Source: Erysipelotrichaceae bacterium (GTDB lineage Bacteria > Bacillota_I > Bacilli_A > Erysipelotrichales > Erysipelotrichaceae). Taken from it: a DNA stretch of 32,000 nucleotides. The position numbers were made by a program, and so were the translations under genes. This document shows, in pieces, positions 7,765 to 15,376 of this stretch (positions are counted from its first letter, which is position 1; every line of letters starts with the position of its first letter). The notes beneath the pieces were generated by a model. It saw only the letters and a list, made by a program, of their open reading frames with translations. It had not been told where the DNA came from and ran no database searches. Where the stretch lies: positions 1,140,001 to 1,172,000 of the forward strand of contig OY760660.1 in the NCBI GenBank assembly GCA_963663995.1. Reading direction: 5' to 3'.

Positions 7765-7782
7765 TTGTGGAGTAGTAAAGTA

Positions 7783-7831
7783 AAAGTAGACACAAGAAAA
7801 AAGAAATTTCTTGATTAAAGTCTACTTTTTT
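7783..7831 (+). terminator. Hairpin plus T-run inside the IS left end (likely block to read-in transcription)
   Basis: AAAGTAGAC (7783..7791) pairs with GTCTACTTT (7820..7828). T-run 7826..7831. The loop contains the perfect 12-nt palindrome AAGAAATTTCTT (7801..7812). Confidence 0.4.
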
Positions 7832-7858
7832 CTTATACCTAAATAAAAGGAGGAAACT

Positions 7859-8251
7859 ATGGGAAGACCAAAAGGAAGCACAGGAAAAAAATTACATAAA
7901 TGGACAGTTGAAGAAAAATTAGAGATCGTTAATAAACATTTAATAGATCACATGAGTTATGAGCAAATTAAGATTAACTATCAAGTTGGTTTAGCACAAA
8001 TACATAACTGGGTAAAACAATATCACGAGAACGGAGAAGAAGGACTTCTCCCAAAAGAAAATAAACGTAATATAATGGCTCATCTATATCGAAAGAAAAA
8101 CCTAAACAAACTTGAGAAATTAGAACTTGAGAACTTCAAATTAAAACTAGAAGTTGAACGATTAAAAAAAGGTTACACAGTGAAAGGAGTTGGTTCAAAC
8201 AAGGAATACGTTCCTACATCCAAGACGAATATCAAATCATCAAAGAATTAA
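7859..8251 (+). CDS. IS3-family transposase OrfA (HTH plus leucine-zipper)
   Basis: 130 aa. N-terminal HTH (WTVEEKLEIVNKHLIDHMSYEQIKINYQVGLAQIHNWVKQY) and heptad Leu repeat LEKLELENFKLKLEVERLKK. GGAGG RBS at 7850..7854. Confidence 0.9.
   Translation: MGRPKGSTGKKLHKWTVEEKLEIVNKHLIDHMSYEQIKINYQVGLAQIHNWVKQYHENGEEGLLPKENKRNIMAHLYRKKNLNKLEKLELENFKLKLEVERLKKGYTVKGVGSNKEYVPTSKTNIKSSKN
8164..8170 (+). promoter_or_regulatory. Programmed -1 ribosomal frameshift site (A AAA AAA followed by G)
   Basis: A7 run read as L-K-K-G in the orfA frame. The -1 frame is open from 8158 (preceding TGA at 8155..8157) through 9105, so the slip window is 8158..8251. Confidence 0.75.
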
Positions 8252-9105
8252 GTAATGAGTATTCAGTTGGATTTTTATGTGGAGTATTAGATGTCAGTCG
8301 TAGTGGTTATTATAAATGGTTAAAACGTTTAGACACACTCAATCGGCATGAACAGAATAGAGAAGATCTTATTAAACTTATCGAAGAGATACATACAGAA
8401 CATCCATCATACGGTTATCACGATATAACGGCAGTCATCACTACGCGTACAGGTTGGAAATTATCTGCATTAACGGTACATAAAGCCTGTAAAGCGATTG
8501 GCGTTAAATCAGAAACTAAGCATTACAAGTGGAAGAAACCAGGAGAAGAACACGTCACTTATAAGAACGTCGTTTCAGGAAACTGGGAGGTATCTCGACC
8601 CTTAGAAATCGTGACGAGCGATATGACTGTACTCACCCATAGAGGAAAACAATATGAGTGGACATTCATCGTTGATGTGTTCAATAACTCCATCATCGCA
8701 TCATCACTTAGTTCAAGACGAAATGATAATTCTACCTATTACCATTGTCTTGATCAACTCATTCACATCATCAAAAAAGAAGAATATTCCGAACCCATCA
8801 TTTTCCACAGTGACCAAGGTGCAGTTTATTCTTCAAAAGGCTTCCAAGAAGCTCACAAAAATTATAACATTATTCGATCTATGTCGCGCGTAGGCACACC
8901 AACTGATAACGCAGTTATAGAATCACTTAATGGTTGGATCAAAGCTGAAATAAAATGTGATTATAATCTTAAAGAATGGGATTCACTTGAAACTTTCATT
9001 GATCAATACATAGAGTTCTTTAATAATGAAAGACCAGCTTACAAACTCCAATATAAAACCCCTAACCAATTCTTAATTGATCAAGGGTTCACTGTTTTTT
9101 ATTAA
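8170..9105 (+). CDS. IS3-family transposase OrfB (DDE catalytic domain), expressed as an OrfAB fusion by -1 frameshift
   Basis: Manual translation of the -1 frame from 8170 is stop-free (RLHSERSWFKQGIRSYIQDEYQIIKELSNEYSVGFLCGVLDVSRSGYYKWLKR...) and joins the track ORF 8611..9105. DDE residues lie in TSDMT, FHSDQGAVY and ESLNGWIKAE. Confidence 0.85.
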   Translation, partial: RLHSERSWFKQGIRSYIQDEYQIIKELSNEYSVGFLCGVLDVSRSGYYKWLKRLDTLNRHEQNREDLIKLIEEIHTEHPSYGYHDITAVITTRTGWKLSALTVHKACKAIGVKSETKHYKWKKPGEEHVTYKNVVSGNWEVSRPLEIVTSDMTVLTHRGKQYEWTFIVDVFNNSIIASSLSSRRNDNSTYYHCLDQLIHIIKKEEYSEPIIFHSDQGAVYSSKGFQEAHKNYNIIRSMSRVGTPTDNAVIESLNGWIKAEIKCDYNLKEWDSLETFIDQYIEFFNNERPAYKLQYKTPNQFLIDQGFTVFY

Positions 9106-9237
9106 ATGTCTACAAATCCTTTACAACTGCAAATTAATTGCTCCTTTTTTTATTATATAAATCTAGAAAATTCATTGTATTAAAGGAACTGATAAGCTGT
9201 AATTTCGAATTATCATAATATTTAATTGAGCATGAAT

Positions 9238-9268
9238 ATAAAAAAAAGAGATCCTTACGATCTCTTTT
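9238..9268 (-). terminator. Terminator after tRNA-Asn/tRNA-Glu
   Basis: Minus strand AAGAGATC-GTAAG-GATCTCTT followed by TTTTTTTT, about 12 nt after the tRNA-Glu 3' end. Confidence 0.8.
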
Positions 9269-9278
9269 ATCCGTTACA

Positions 9279-9354
9279 TGGTGACCCGTACGGGATTCGA
9301 ACCCGTGAATGCTTGCGTGAAAGGCAAGTGAGTTAACCGTTTCTCCAACGGGCC
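9279..9354 (-). tRNA. tRNA-Glu (anticodon TTC), CCA encoded
   Basis: Acceptor GGCCCGT/ACGGGTC (one G-U pair), anticodon stem CTTGC/GCAAG with loop CTTTCAC, T arm ACGGG-TTCGAAT-CCCGT, 76 nt. Confidence 0.9.
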
Positions 9355-9356
9355 AA

Positions 9357-9432
9357 TGGCGCCTAAAGTAGGACTCGAACCTACGACCGAACGGTTAACA
9401 GCCGTTTGCTCTACCAACTGAGCTATTTAGGC
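9357..9432 (-). tRNA. tRNA-Asn (anticodon GTT), CCA encoded
   Basis: Acceptor GCCTAAA/TTTAGGC, D arm GCTC..GAGC, anticodon stem AACGG/CCGTT with loop CTGTTAA, T arm GTAGG-TTCGAGT-CCTAC, 76 nt. Confidence 0.9.
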
Positions 9433-9444
9433 AAGTGCTTATAA

Positions 9445-9473
9445 AATATAACATAGTTAATTATACATTTCAA
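9445..9473 (-). promoter_or_regulatory. Promoter of the tRNA-Asn/tRNA-Glu unit
   Basis: Minus strand TTGAAA, 17 nt spacer, TATATT, ending 12 nt upstream of the tRNA-Asn 5' end. Confidence 0.55.
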
Positions 9474-9491
9474 GCACAAGATTAAGGAAAT

Positions 9492-10877
9492 TTAAAACTC
9501 TACAATTACGCTCTCTTCGTGCGTGTGGGTAAGGTTTTTCAACCACTTTCCTTTTCCCAAATAATAGTACGCAACAAAGACTTTTACGATATCAGTCGCA
9601 TTGCCTGCTAGAAACATCCCAATGACATCTAAATCAGTAAAATATGCTGTAAAAGCGACTACTGGAATATTAACACACCACATAAAGACAGAGTCCATCA
9701 ACATTGTTGAACGAGTATCACCACCCGCTCTTAAAATAAAGAAAGCTTGAGCTGATAACATATAAACAAAGAACATCACCGCTTGAATACGAGAATAGTT
9801 GATTGCTGTTTGGCGTGAATAATCTGAAACATTATAAAGCTGTGGAATAAAGAGCGTTGCGATATAAAGCAAGATGCCACAAGCAATCGCCATCATAAAG
9901 GATAGACGAACTAACTTATAAGCATTCTCTTTTGCTTCCTCAATTTTATTTGCCCCTAGAGGTTGCGAAATAAGCACTGTACTTGCAACAGCCATTCCAC
10001 TAAAAAGTGTGAAGAATAAATCACCCATGGATCCAGAGATACTCATACCCGCCATAACTTCTTTACCACGGGTTGCATAGAACATAAATAATGCTGACAT
10101 ACCAGATGACCATAATATTTCATTAGTTGTTAATGGAATCGCTTTTAAAATCATCGCTTTAGCTAAACGTTTATTGATATGTAATATATTTCTTATTTTA
10201 GTATTAAAAACAAATGGTCTTTTCTTCATGATAAGCATCAATAACACTGCTTCAATAAAACGTGCGATTAACGTCCCATAAGCAGCACCAACAACTCCCA
10301 TTGGTTTAAAACCTAAATGACCAAAGATAAAGATATAGTTGAAAAAAGCATTGGTCAAGATTGCGACAATCGACGCATACATCGGAACCTTTGTTTCACC
10401 TAAAGCACGCATACCATTCCCCGTCGGTAAAGACAAAGCAATAAATACGTACGACATAACAACTGTACGAAGATAAAGAGAACCTTGTTGAACAACATCC
10501 ACTTCGCTTGTAAATATTTTCAATATTTGTTCAGGGAAAAATAAACCGACTAAAACAAATGGTGTAACAATCACATATGCCGCAACAATAGAGAAACGAT
10601 AGGACTGTTTAACATGTTCTGTATCCTTTGCCCCAAAATATTGAGCCATAAAGGTATTCGCTGCTCCTTCAATTCCAAATATAGCGAAGGTTGCGATCAT
10701 GTAATAACGATTTGCAGCCGCTACACCCGCAATTGCCGCATCACCAAGTTGTCCAACCATTAAGTTGTCTACAAGGTTTACAGACGCTGTAATGAGCTGC
10801 TGAAACATCAAAGGCAATGCTATGATAAGTGCCCTGATATAAAATTCTTTGTTTTGTTCCCAACGAATGAGTCCCAT
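9492..10877 (-). CDS. MATE-family efflux transporter
   Basis: 461 aa, about 12 predicted TM segments, MatE/NorM-like N-terminal region (ALPLMFQQLITASVNLVDNLMVGQLG). RBS AGGTGA. Confidence 0.9.
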   Translation of the reverse strand: MGLIRWEQNKEFYIRALIIALPLMFQQLITASVNLVDNLMVGQLGDAAIAGVAAANRYYMIATFAIFGIEGAANTFMAQYFGAKDTEHVKQSYRFSIVAAYVIVTPFVLVGLFFPEQILKIFTSEVDVVQQGSLYLRTVVMSYVFIALSLPTGNGMRALGETKVPMYASIVAILTNAFFNYIFIFGHLGFKPMGVVGAAYGTLIARFIEAVLLMLIMKKRPFVFNTKIRNILHINKRLAKAMILKAIPLTTNEILWSSGMSALFMFYATRGKEVMAGMSISGSMGDLFFTLFSGMAVASTVLISQPLGANKIEEAKENAYKLVRLSFMMAIACGILLYIATLFIPQLYNVSDYSRQTAINYSRIQAVMFFVYMLSAQAFFILRAGGDTRSTMLMDSVFMWCVNIPVVAFTAYFTDLDVIGMFLAGNATDIVKVFVAYYYLGKGKWLKNLTHTHEESVIVEF

Positions 10878-10892
10878 ATTATCACCTACTAT

Positions 10893-10922
10893 TAAAATAA
10901 AGAAAAGCCACTTTCGTGGCTT
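10893..10922 (-). terminator. Terminator after tRNA-Ile/tRNA-Ala
   Basis: Minus strand AAGCCAC-GAAA-GTGGCTT followed by TTCTTTATTTT, 12 nt after the tRNA-Ala 3' end and only about 15 nt before the MATE RBS. Confidence 0.7.
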
Positions 10923-10934
10923 GATCTTTAACGA

Positions 10935-11010
10935 TGGTGGAGCTTAGCGGGATCGAACCGCTGACCCCCTGCTTGCAAAGCAGGTGCTCTCCCAGCTGAG
11001 CTAAAACCCC
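10935..11010 (-). tRNA. tRNA-Ala (anticodon TGC), CCA encoded
   Basis: GGGGTTT.. acceptor with the G3:U70 identity pair, anticodon stem CCTGC/GCAGG with loop TTTGCAA, T arm AGCGG-TTCGATC-CCGCT, 76 nt. Confidence 0.92.
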
Positions 11011-11011
11011 A

Positions 11012-11088
<77 letters not shown>

Positions 11089-11113
11089 AAGGAAAAACCA
11101 TCGATGCTTATCT

Positions 11114-11142
11114 AATATATCAAAGCACACCCTTAGTGTCAA
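11114..11142 (-). promoter_or_regulatory. Promoter of the tRNA-Ile/tRNA-Ala unit
   Basis: Minus strand TTGACA, 17 nt spacer, TATATT, ending 25 nt upstream of the tRNA-Ile 5' end. Confidence 0.6.
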
Positions 11143-11162
11143 GGGTTGAATCGACACTTTTT

Positions 11163-11690
11163 TTAGGGATTTAAACTTTTCAAAATTTTCTGACCAAATT
11201 CCCAATCACCTAAATCAGAATCTGCATTAATATGACCTAAATCACCAACGTTTATAAATTCAGAACCCCATACCGAAGCAAAGTGTTTTGCACGAACTAT
11301 TGTCATGTATGGATCATTTGTACTAGCGATTAAAATACTTCTAAAAGGGAAACTTTTTGTTGGTATCATCGCAAAGTTTCGAACCACTTCAGGTGTATGT
11401 TTTTCACTGTCTACATCTGCAGGTGCAACCAGTAATGCAGCTTTAATTTTAGTGTTTGAAAAGTGTTGAACCCAATGTGAAACTAAAACACAGCCTAAAC
11501 TATGAGCCACAAGAATAAGATTATCATCACATTCATTAATCGTTTTATTTAAAATAGATAACCACTGATCAAGTTGCGGTTCTGACCAATTATTTTGTTG
11601 AAGTCGAATACAATCTAAATTCTTTTCCCATTTACTTTGCCAATGTATTTCATTGGAATCATTTAAACCAGGAATAATTAAATATTTCAT
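11163..11690 (-). CDS. YdeN/RBBP9-type alpha/beta serine hydrolase
   Basis: 175 aa. Nucleophile elbow LVAHSLGC, acidic residue in STNDPY, C-terminal GHIN histidine. Size and motif order fit the small Ser_hydrolase family. Confidence 0.7.
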   Translation of the reverse strand: MKYLIIPGLNDSNEIHWQSKWEKNLDCIRLQQNNWSEPQLDQWLSILNKTINECDDNLILVAHSLGCVLVSHWVQHFSNTKIKAALLVAPADVDSEKHTPEVVRNFAMIPTKSFPFRSILIASTNDPYMTIVRAKHFASVWGSEFINVGDLGHINADSDLGDWEFGQKILKSLNP

Positions 11691-11772
11691 AATACAGCAC
11701 TCCTTACTTATTGCGTACTATCTTATCAAATAAGTTTAAATAGCTGGTAAATTACTATCTTTTGCGCAAACA

Positions 11773-11802
11773 CAAAAAAACTCCCAAATTTCTTTGAGAG
11801 TT
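11773..11802 (-). terminator. Terminator after rpsI
   Basis: Minus strand ACTCTCAAA-GAA-ATTTGGGAGT (9 bp, one G-U pair) followed by TTTTTTT, about 22 nt after the rpsI stop. Confidence 0.8.
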
Positions 11803-11823
11803 TTGAATGAATTGTCGAAACGA

Positions 11824-12237
11824 TTAACGTTTTGAGAATTGTGGAGCTCTACGAGCACCTTTAAGACCGTATTTTTTACGTTCTTTAGCACGTGGATCAC
11901 GTGTTAAGAATCCTGCTGCTTTTAATGCTGGACGATAGTCCGCAGAAGCTTCAAGTAACGCTCTTGAGATACCATGACGCATAGCACCAGATTGACCAGT
12001 GTAACCGCCACCTTGAACATTGATCTTAACATCAAATGCTGTTAAGTTTTCTGTTAATTCTAATGGTGAACGAACAACCATACGTAATGTTTCATAAGGT
12101 AGATATTCATCTAATGTTTTATCATTAACTGAAATGATACCTGTTCCAGGTGTTAAGTAAACACGTGCAACAGATGATTTACGACGACCTGTACCTAAGT
12201 AAGTAACAGTTGCCTTTTTCTTTTTAGTAGCTGCCAT
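11824..12237 (-). CDS. rpsI: 30S ribosomal protein S9
   Basis: 137 aa, ends ...[16 protein letters not shown] (canonical S9 C-terminus). Confidence 0.97.
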   Translation of the reverse strand: MAATKKKKATVTYLGTGRRKSSVARVYLTPGTGIISVNDKTLDEYLPYETLRMVVRSPLELTENLTAFDVKINVQGGGYTGQSGAMRHGISRALLEASADYRPALKAAGFLTRDPRAKERKKYGLKGARRAPQFSKR

Positions 12238-12245
12238 GTTTCCTC

Positions 12246-12683
12246 CTAACCTTTAATTTTGAGTTCCACTGGCATTTGTGCTGCATGTGGATGCTCATTC
12301 CCTGTATAAACAAATAAATGTTTACGTTGTTTGTTACCAAGTTTTGTATGAGGTAACATACCGTGGATTGCTTTTTCAACCCATTCTACAGTGTAGTTTT
12401 CACGCATAGTTCTTGTGTCACGCACACGCATGCCACCATTCCATTGTGAATGACTGTAATAAAATTTCTTCTCTTTTTGATCACCTGTGACAACAATTTT
12501 GTCTGCATTGATCACGATTACGAAATCGCCTGTGTCAACGTTAGGTGTATATGTCGGACGGTGCTTCCCACGCAATACGGTAGCAACTTCTGACGCTAAT
12601 CGACCTAATGTTAATCCAGCTCCGTCAACAACATACCATTGACGTACGACTTCGGCTGGTTTTGCCATAGTTGTTTGGCGCAT
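12246..12683 (-). CDS. rplM: 50S ribosomal protein L13
   Basis: Start moved to ATG 12683 ([21 protein letters not shown]...) with AGGAGG RBS. Typical L13 N-terminus. Confidence 0.95.
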   Translation of the reverse strand: MRQTTMAKPAEVVRQWYVVDGAGLTLGRLASEVATVLRGKHRPTYTPNVDTGDFVIVINADKIVVTGDQKEKKFYYSHSQWNGGMRVRDTRTMRENYTVEWVEKAIHGMLPHTKLGNKQRKHLFVYTGNEHPHAAQMPVELKIKG

Positions 12684-12779
12684 AATTGATAAATCCTCCT
12701 GAACCAATTGTAGTTTCCGGGGCTACATTTGGCATAAAGTGCCGATTTACATTGTATGCTTTATGCCCTTGCATGTCAA
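12684..12779 (-). promoter_or_regulatory. rplM-rpsI promoter plus structured leader (possible L13-leader-type autoregulatory element)
   Basis: Minus strand TTGACA (12779..12774), 17 nt spacer, TACAAT (12756..12751). The roughly 60-nt leader holds two hairpins, GGCA-CTTTA-TGCC and TGTAG-CCCCGGAAA-CTACA, just before the RBS. Confidence 0.5.
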
Positions 12780-12796
12780 GGACATCATTGGCTTAT

Positions 12797-13192
12797 TTAT
12801 TTAATATATAGACCAACAAGTTCATAATCTAAATTGAAGCTAATTGTATAGGTAGATCGACCATTTTCATGATCCACTTGAGCAATAACTGTCGCATATA
12901 TTTCATCTGTTTGTGGATCTTTGGTATCACTGATGGTAAAACTGATTTCATCTTGTGCTTCACCTACAGATTCATATTTAGTCACTAAATTTTCATGAAG
13001 TTGATCAGCTGTAATATACGCTTGTAAATCAGTTCTTAGAAGACTAATTACTTCAGCTTCTTGATAGTTTTCCATTAAATGAATAACTTCTTCTGACTTT
13101 TGTTCAAGTGTTGCTTGATCAAAACCATCTGGAATTGATGAACACGCACCTAAAAACAAAACGACAAATAAACTAATGATCCATTTCTTCAT
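12797..13192 (-). CDS. Small lipoprotein (DUF3887-like)
   Basis: Start moved to ATG 13192 (MKKWIISLFVVLFLGACSS, lipobox LGAC) with GAAGG RBS. The mature part is acidic and ends ...ELVGLYIK. Confidence 0.7.
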   Translation of the reverse strand: MKKWIISLFVVLFLGACSSIPDGFDQATLEQKSEEVIHLMENYQEAEVISLLRTDLQAYITADQLHENLVTKYESVGEAQDEISFTISDTKDPQTDEIYATVIAQVDHENGRSTYTISFNLDYELVGLYIK

Positions 13193-13853
13193 AAGTAACC
13201 TTCTTTCTTGTAGCGAAATAAACAACAACAATCGCAGAAACAAATAGTATGATTTCAACAATTAAAGTTGAAATACCATTTAAAATTAAAAGTAAAGCAA
13301 TTAAATTAAACAAACCATGAATCAGTATCGCTAATGGATAACCCCATTTAAATTCATTTGAAATACTTTTATAGACAACAAAACTTAAACCCACATGTAA
13401 GATCATTGCTGATATCCGTTCAAACCCTGCATAAAAACCATTGATTGATGATACTCCACTAAAACCAAGAGAGATAAGTGTTAAACCAATCAGCGCAAAA
13501 GCCTCTAGTCCTCCATGACCTAATCCAAAGAAGAGTATTTGTTTTTGATTCATATGTGTTAAGAATTTCTTGAAGATAAGATAACGTCCACTTTCTTCAA
13601 AGAGTCCTGCACTAAAAGATAAAAGAACGATGTAAAGCATTTGATACTTCATCGTAAATAAAATAAACCAAGCTTGATTTGCTAGAACATATTGAAGTAA
13701 GGGAATTCTCGTCAATAATTGAGAAATCGAAAAACTAAGAATACCGAAAATAAAAGCTTTTCGATAATCCTTAGCGAAAAATAAAACATAAATAAAAATG
13801 AGTAAAGGTAAAACGAATGTAAAGAATAAACTAAAAACATAGCCTAAAGTCAT
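13173..13853 (-). CDS. YhfC/CPBP-type glutamic intramembrane protease
   Basis: 226 aa polytopic membrane protein with motifs FEESGRY (EExxR), GLGHGGLEA, MILHVG and HGLFN (HxxxN). ATGA overlap with the PHP gene and a 20-nt overlap with the lipoprotein gene. Confidence 0.6.
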   Translation of the reverse strand: MTLGYVFSLFFTFVLPLLIFIYVLFFAKDYRKAFIFGILSFSISQLLTRIPLLQYVLANQAWFILFTMKYQMLYIVLLSFSAGLFEESGRYLIFKKFLTHMNQKQILFFGLGHGGLEAFALIGLTLISLGFSGVSSINGFYAGFERISAMILHVGLSFVVYKSISNEFKWGYPLAILIHGLFNLIALLLILNGISTLIVEIILFVSAIVVVYFATRKKVTYEEMDH

Positions 13854-14626
13854 TTAAGTTTAATCCCTTCAATTGGCGTAATCCCACATTGACTCAATAC
13901 CTTATTAGCATGCTCAATCGTATCAAACTTACTTAAATCAGATGGTGAATGGGCATCTACACCAATAATGACTTCATTTCCTATTTCAGCCACTATTTCC
14001 CAAAAGGGAGTAAATGGATAATCAAACTCTTTTCGTTTATTGCGAACACCACCCAGGTTATACTCTAAAACAACTCCGCATTCTTTTGCGACTTCACAGA
14101 TTTCTCTTGTCGCATCTTGTGCTTCTTGTGTCCAATTTGATAATGTTCTAACAAAAATATCTGGATGAGCAAAGATTTGGTATAAACCTGTTTTAAGTGC
14201 TTCAATCGATAATTTTTTATAGTCTTCAATAACTCTGCTTTCGTCTTTATAAGAACCAAAGTAAGTCCCGTAACTTTCATAAGTATTAAAGTGATTACCT
14301 AAAACTAAATAATCTAACGGTGTTTCTTTAACTAAATTTTTTAGATAATCGATACGTTCTGGATAATACTCTGCTTCTAAACCTAAAAGAATATCAATCT
14401 TTCCACCGTATTGACGACCTAAACGACGAATTGATTCTGCATAGTCTTTAAAGTCTGATGTAGCCATACGAATAAACTGTGTTTCTAGAGGATGTTTTGG
14501 CCATGGAGCATGGTCAGAAAAACCTAAAGTTTTGTAACCCGCTTTAATTGCTTCAATAATATAATCTTCATCACTGCCTTCAGCATGATGACATCTTGTT
14601 GTATGTGTGTGATAGTTATGTTTCAT
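13850..14626 (-). CDS. PHP-domain histidinol-phosphatase family protein (HisJ/HisK-like)
   Basis: 258 aa. N-terminal metal motif HTHTTRCHHAEGS, later SDHAPW, NHF and GVDAHSP, typical of PHP phosphoesterases. Confidence 0.8.
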   Translation of the reverse strand: MKHNYHTHTTRCHHAEGSDEDYIIEAIKAGYKTLGFSDHAPWPKHPLETQFIRMATSDFKDYAESIRRLGRQYGGKIDILLGLEAEYYPERIDYLKNLVKETPLDYLVLGNHFNTYESYGTYFGSYKDESRVIEDYKKLSIEALKTGLYQIFAHPDIFVRTLSNWTQEAQDATREICEVAKECGVVLEYNLGGVRNKRKEFDYPFTPFWEIVAEIGNEVIIGVDAHSPSDLSKFDTIEHANKVLSQCGITPIEGIKLK

Positions 14627-14629
14627 ATT

Positions 14630-15376
14630 TTAGTAGTACACTTCCATTAAATATAGACCGACTGGTGGAACAATCCCTGAGTAAGCTCTTTTATCTTTTG
14701 CCTCAATAATTTTAACAGCTTCTTCAAAAGTCAATTTAGCTTTACCCACATCAAGGATAATCGACATCAACATCCGAATCATATAACGTAAGAATCCATC
14801 CCCTTCAAAGATAAAGCGAATTTGTCCTTCTTCATCTTCAATATCAATTCGATGTATAGTCCGCACTTGATTAGGTGTTTCTTCTAATGTGTTTGAACAT
14901 AAGGACGTAAAATCATGTGCCCCAATGAGATAGGATGTTAATTTACTCATTTCAACAAAGTTTAATTCTTCAGTAATACTTAAATGGGTTTGATAAGTAA
15001 AAGGATTACTTTCATCACATAGAACTAAGTAATCATATCTTTTCCCAATCGCGCTTTTACGGGCATGAAAATCTTTATCAACAAACTCGACATTTAAAAT
15101 TTGAATATCATTAGGTAGAGAACTATTAAGAGCTCTTTTCCATTCTTCTTCATTTAATTTAAAATCGGTATCAAAATGAAACATTTGACCAAAGGCATGT
15201 ACCCCTGCATCTGTTCTTCCTGATCCCTGTATTTTAATATCTTCACGATGCATTTGACTCAAAGCTTTTTGAATCGTTCCTTGTATTGTCTTTACATTAA
15301 CTTGAACTTGCCATCCTGCATAATGTGCACCATGATACATCACCGTACACAAGACACGTCTTATAGACTCATCCAT
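14630..15376 (-). CDS. truA: tRNA pseudouridine(38-40) synthase
   Basis: Catalytic motif SGRTDAGVHAFGQ. Start placed at ATG 15376 (MDESIRRVLCTVMYHG...) with AGGTG RBS. 16-nt overlap with the ecfT end. Confidence 0.92.
   Translation of the reverse strand: MDESIRRVLCTVMYHGAHYAGWQVQVNVKTIQGTIQKALSQMHREDIKIQGSGRTDAGVHAFGQMFHFDTDFKLNEEEWKRALNSSLPNDIQILNVEFVDKDFHARKSAIGKRYDYLVLCDESNPFTYQTHLSITEELNFVEMSKLTSYLIGAHDFTSLCSNTLEETPNQVRTIHRIDIEDEEGQIRFIFEGDGFLRYMIRMLMSIILDVGKAKLTFEEAVKIIEAKDKRAYSGIVPPVGLYLMEVYY

Larger units (their letters stand above)
7766..9131 (+). mobile_element. IS3-family insertion sequence, apparently intact (1366 bp)
   Basis: Imperfect terminal inverted repeats TGTGGAGTAGTAAAGTAAAAGTAGACA (7766..7792) and reverse complement of 9107..9131 TGCAGTTGTAAAGGATTTGTAGACA (TG...CA ends). 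orfA and orfB are in 0/-1 frames with an A7 slippery run. Identical AATTAAT flanks at 7759..7765 and 9132..9138. Confidence 0.85.

Noticed and set aside
8654-8893. 79-aa plus-strand ORF in an alternative frame of the IS orfB
   Set aside because: It overlaps the DDE-domain frame, which carries the recognisable transposase motifs. The alternative frame has no start context or motif.
7749-9151. Reconstructed pre-insertion site as a strong rho-independent terminator of the GNAT gene
   Set aside because: It is kept only as a caveat. The stem would be almost all A-U with just two or three G-C pairs, and it would consume the T-run, so it is at best a weak terminator.
11089-11162. Remnant of a 16S rRNA 3' end upstream of tRNA-Ile/tRNA-Ala
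   Set aside because: There is no anti-Shine-Dalgarno (GATCACCTCCTT) or other rRNA-like sequence. The 74 nt are accounted for by a promoter and the end of the hydrolase gene.
14065-14280. Same-strand alternative-frame ORFs inside the PHP gene (14065..14280), carB (22871..23080) and the rpoA/rpsK junction (29767..29967)
   Set aside because: They are out of frame with strongly supported genes, Lys/Leu-rich as expected for AT-rich off-frames, and have no RBS.
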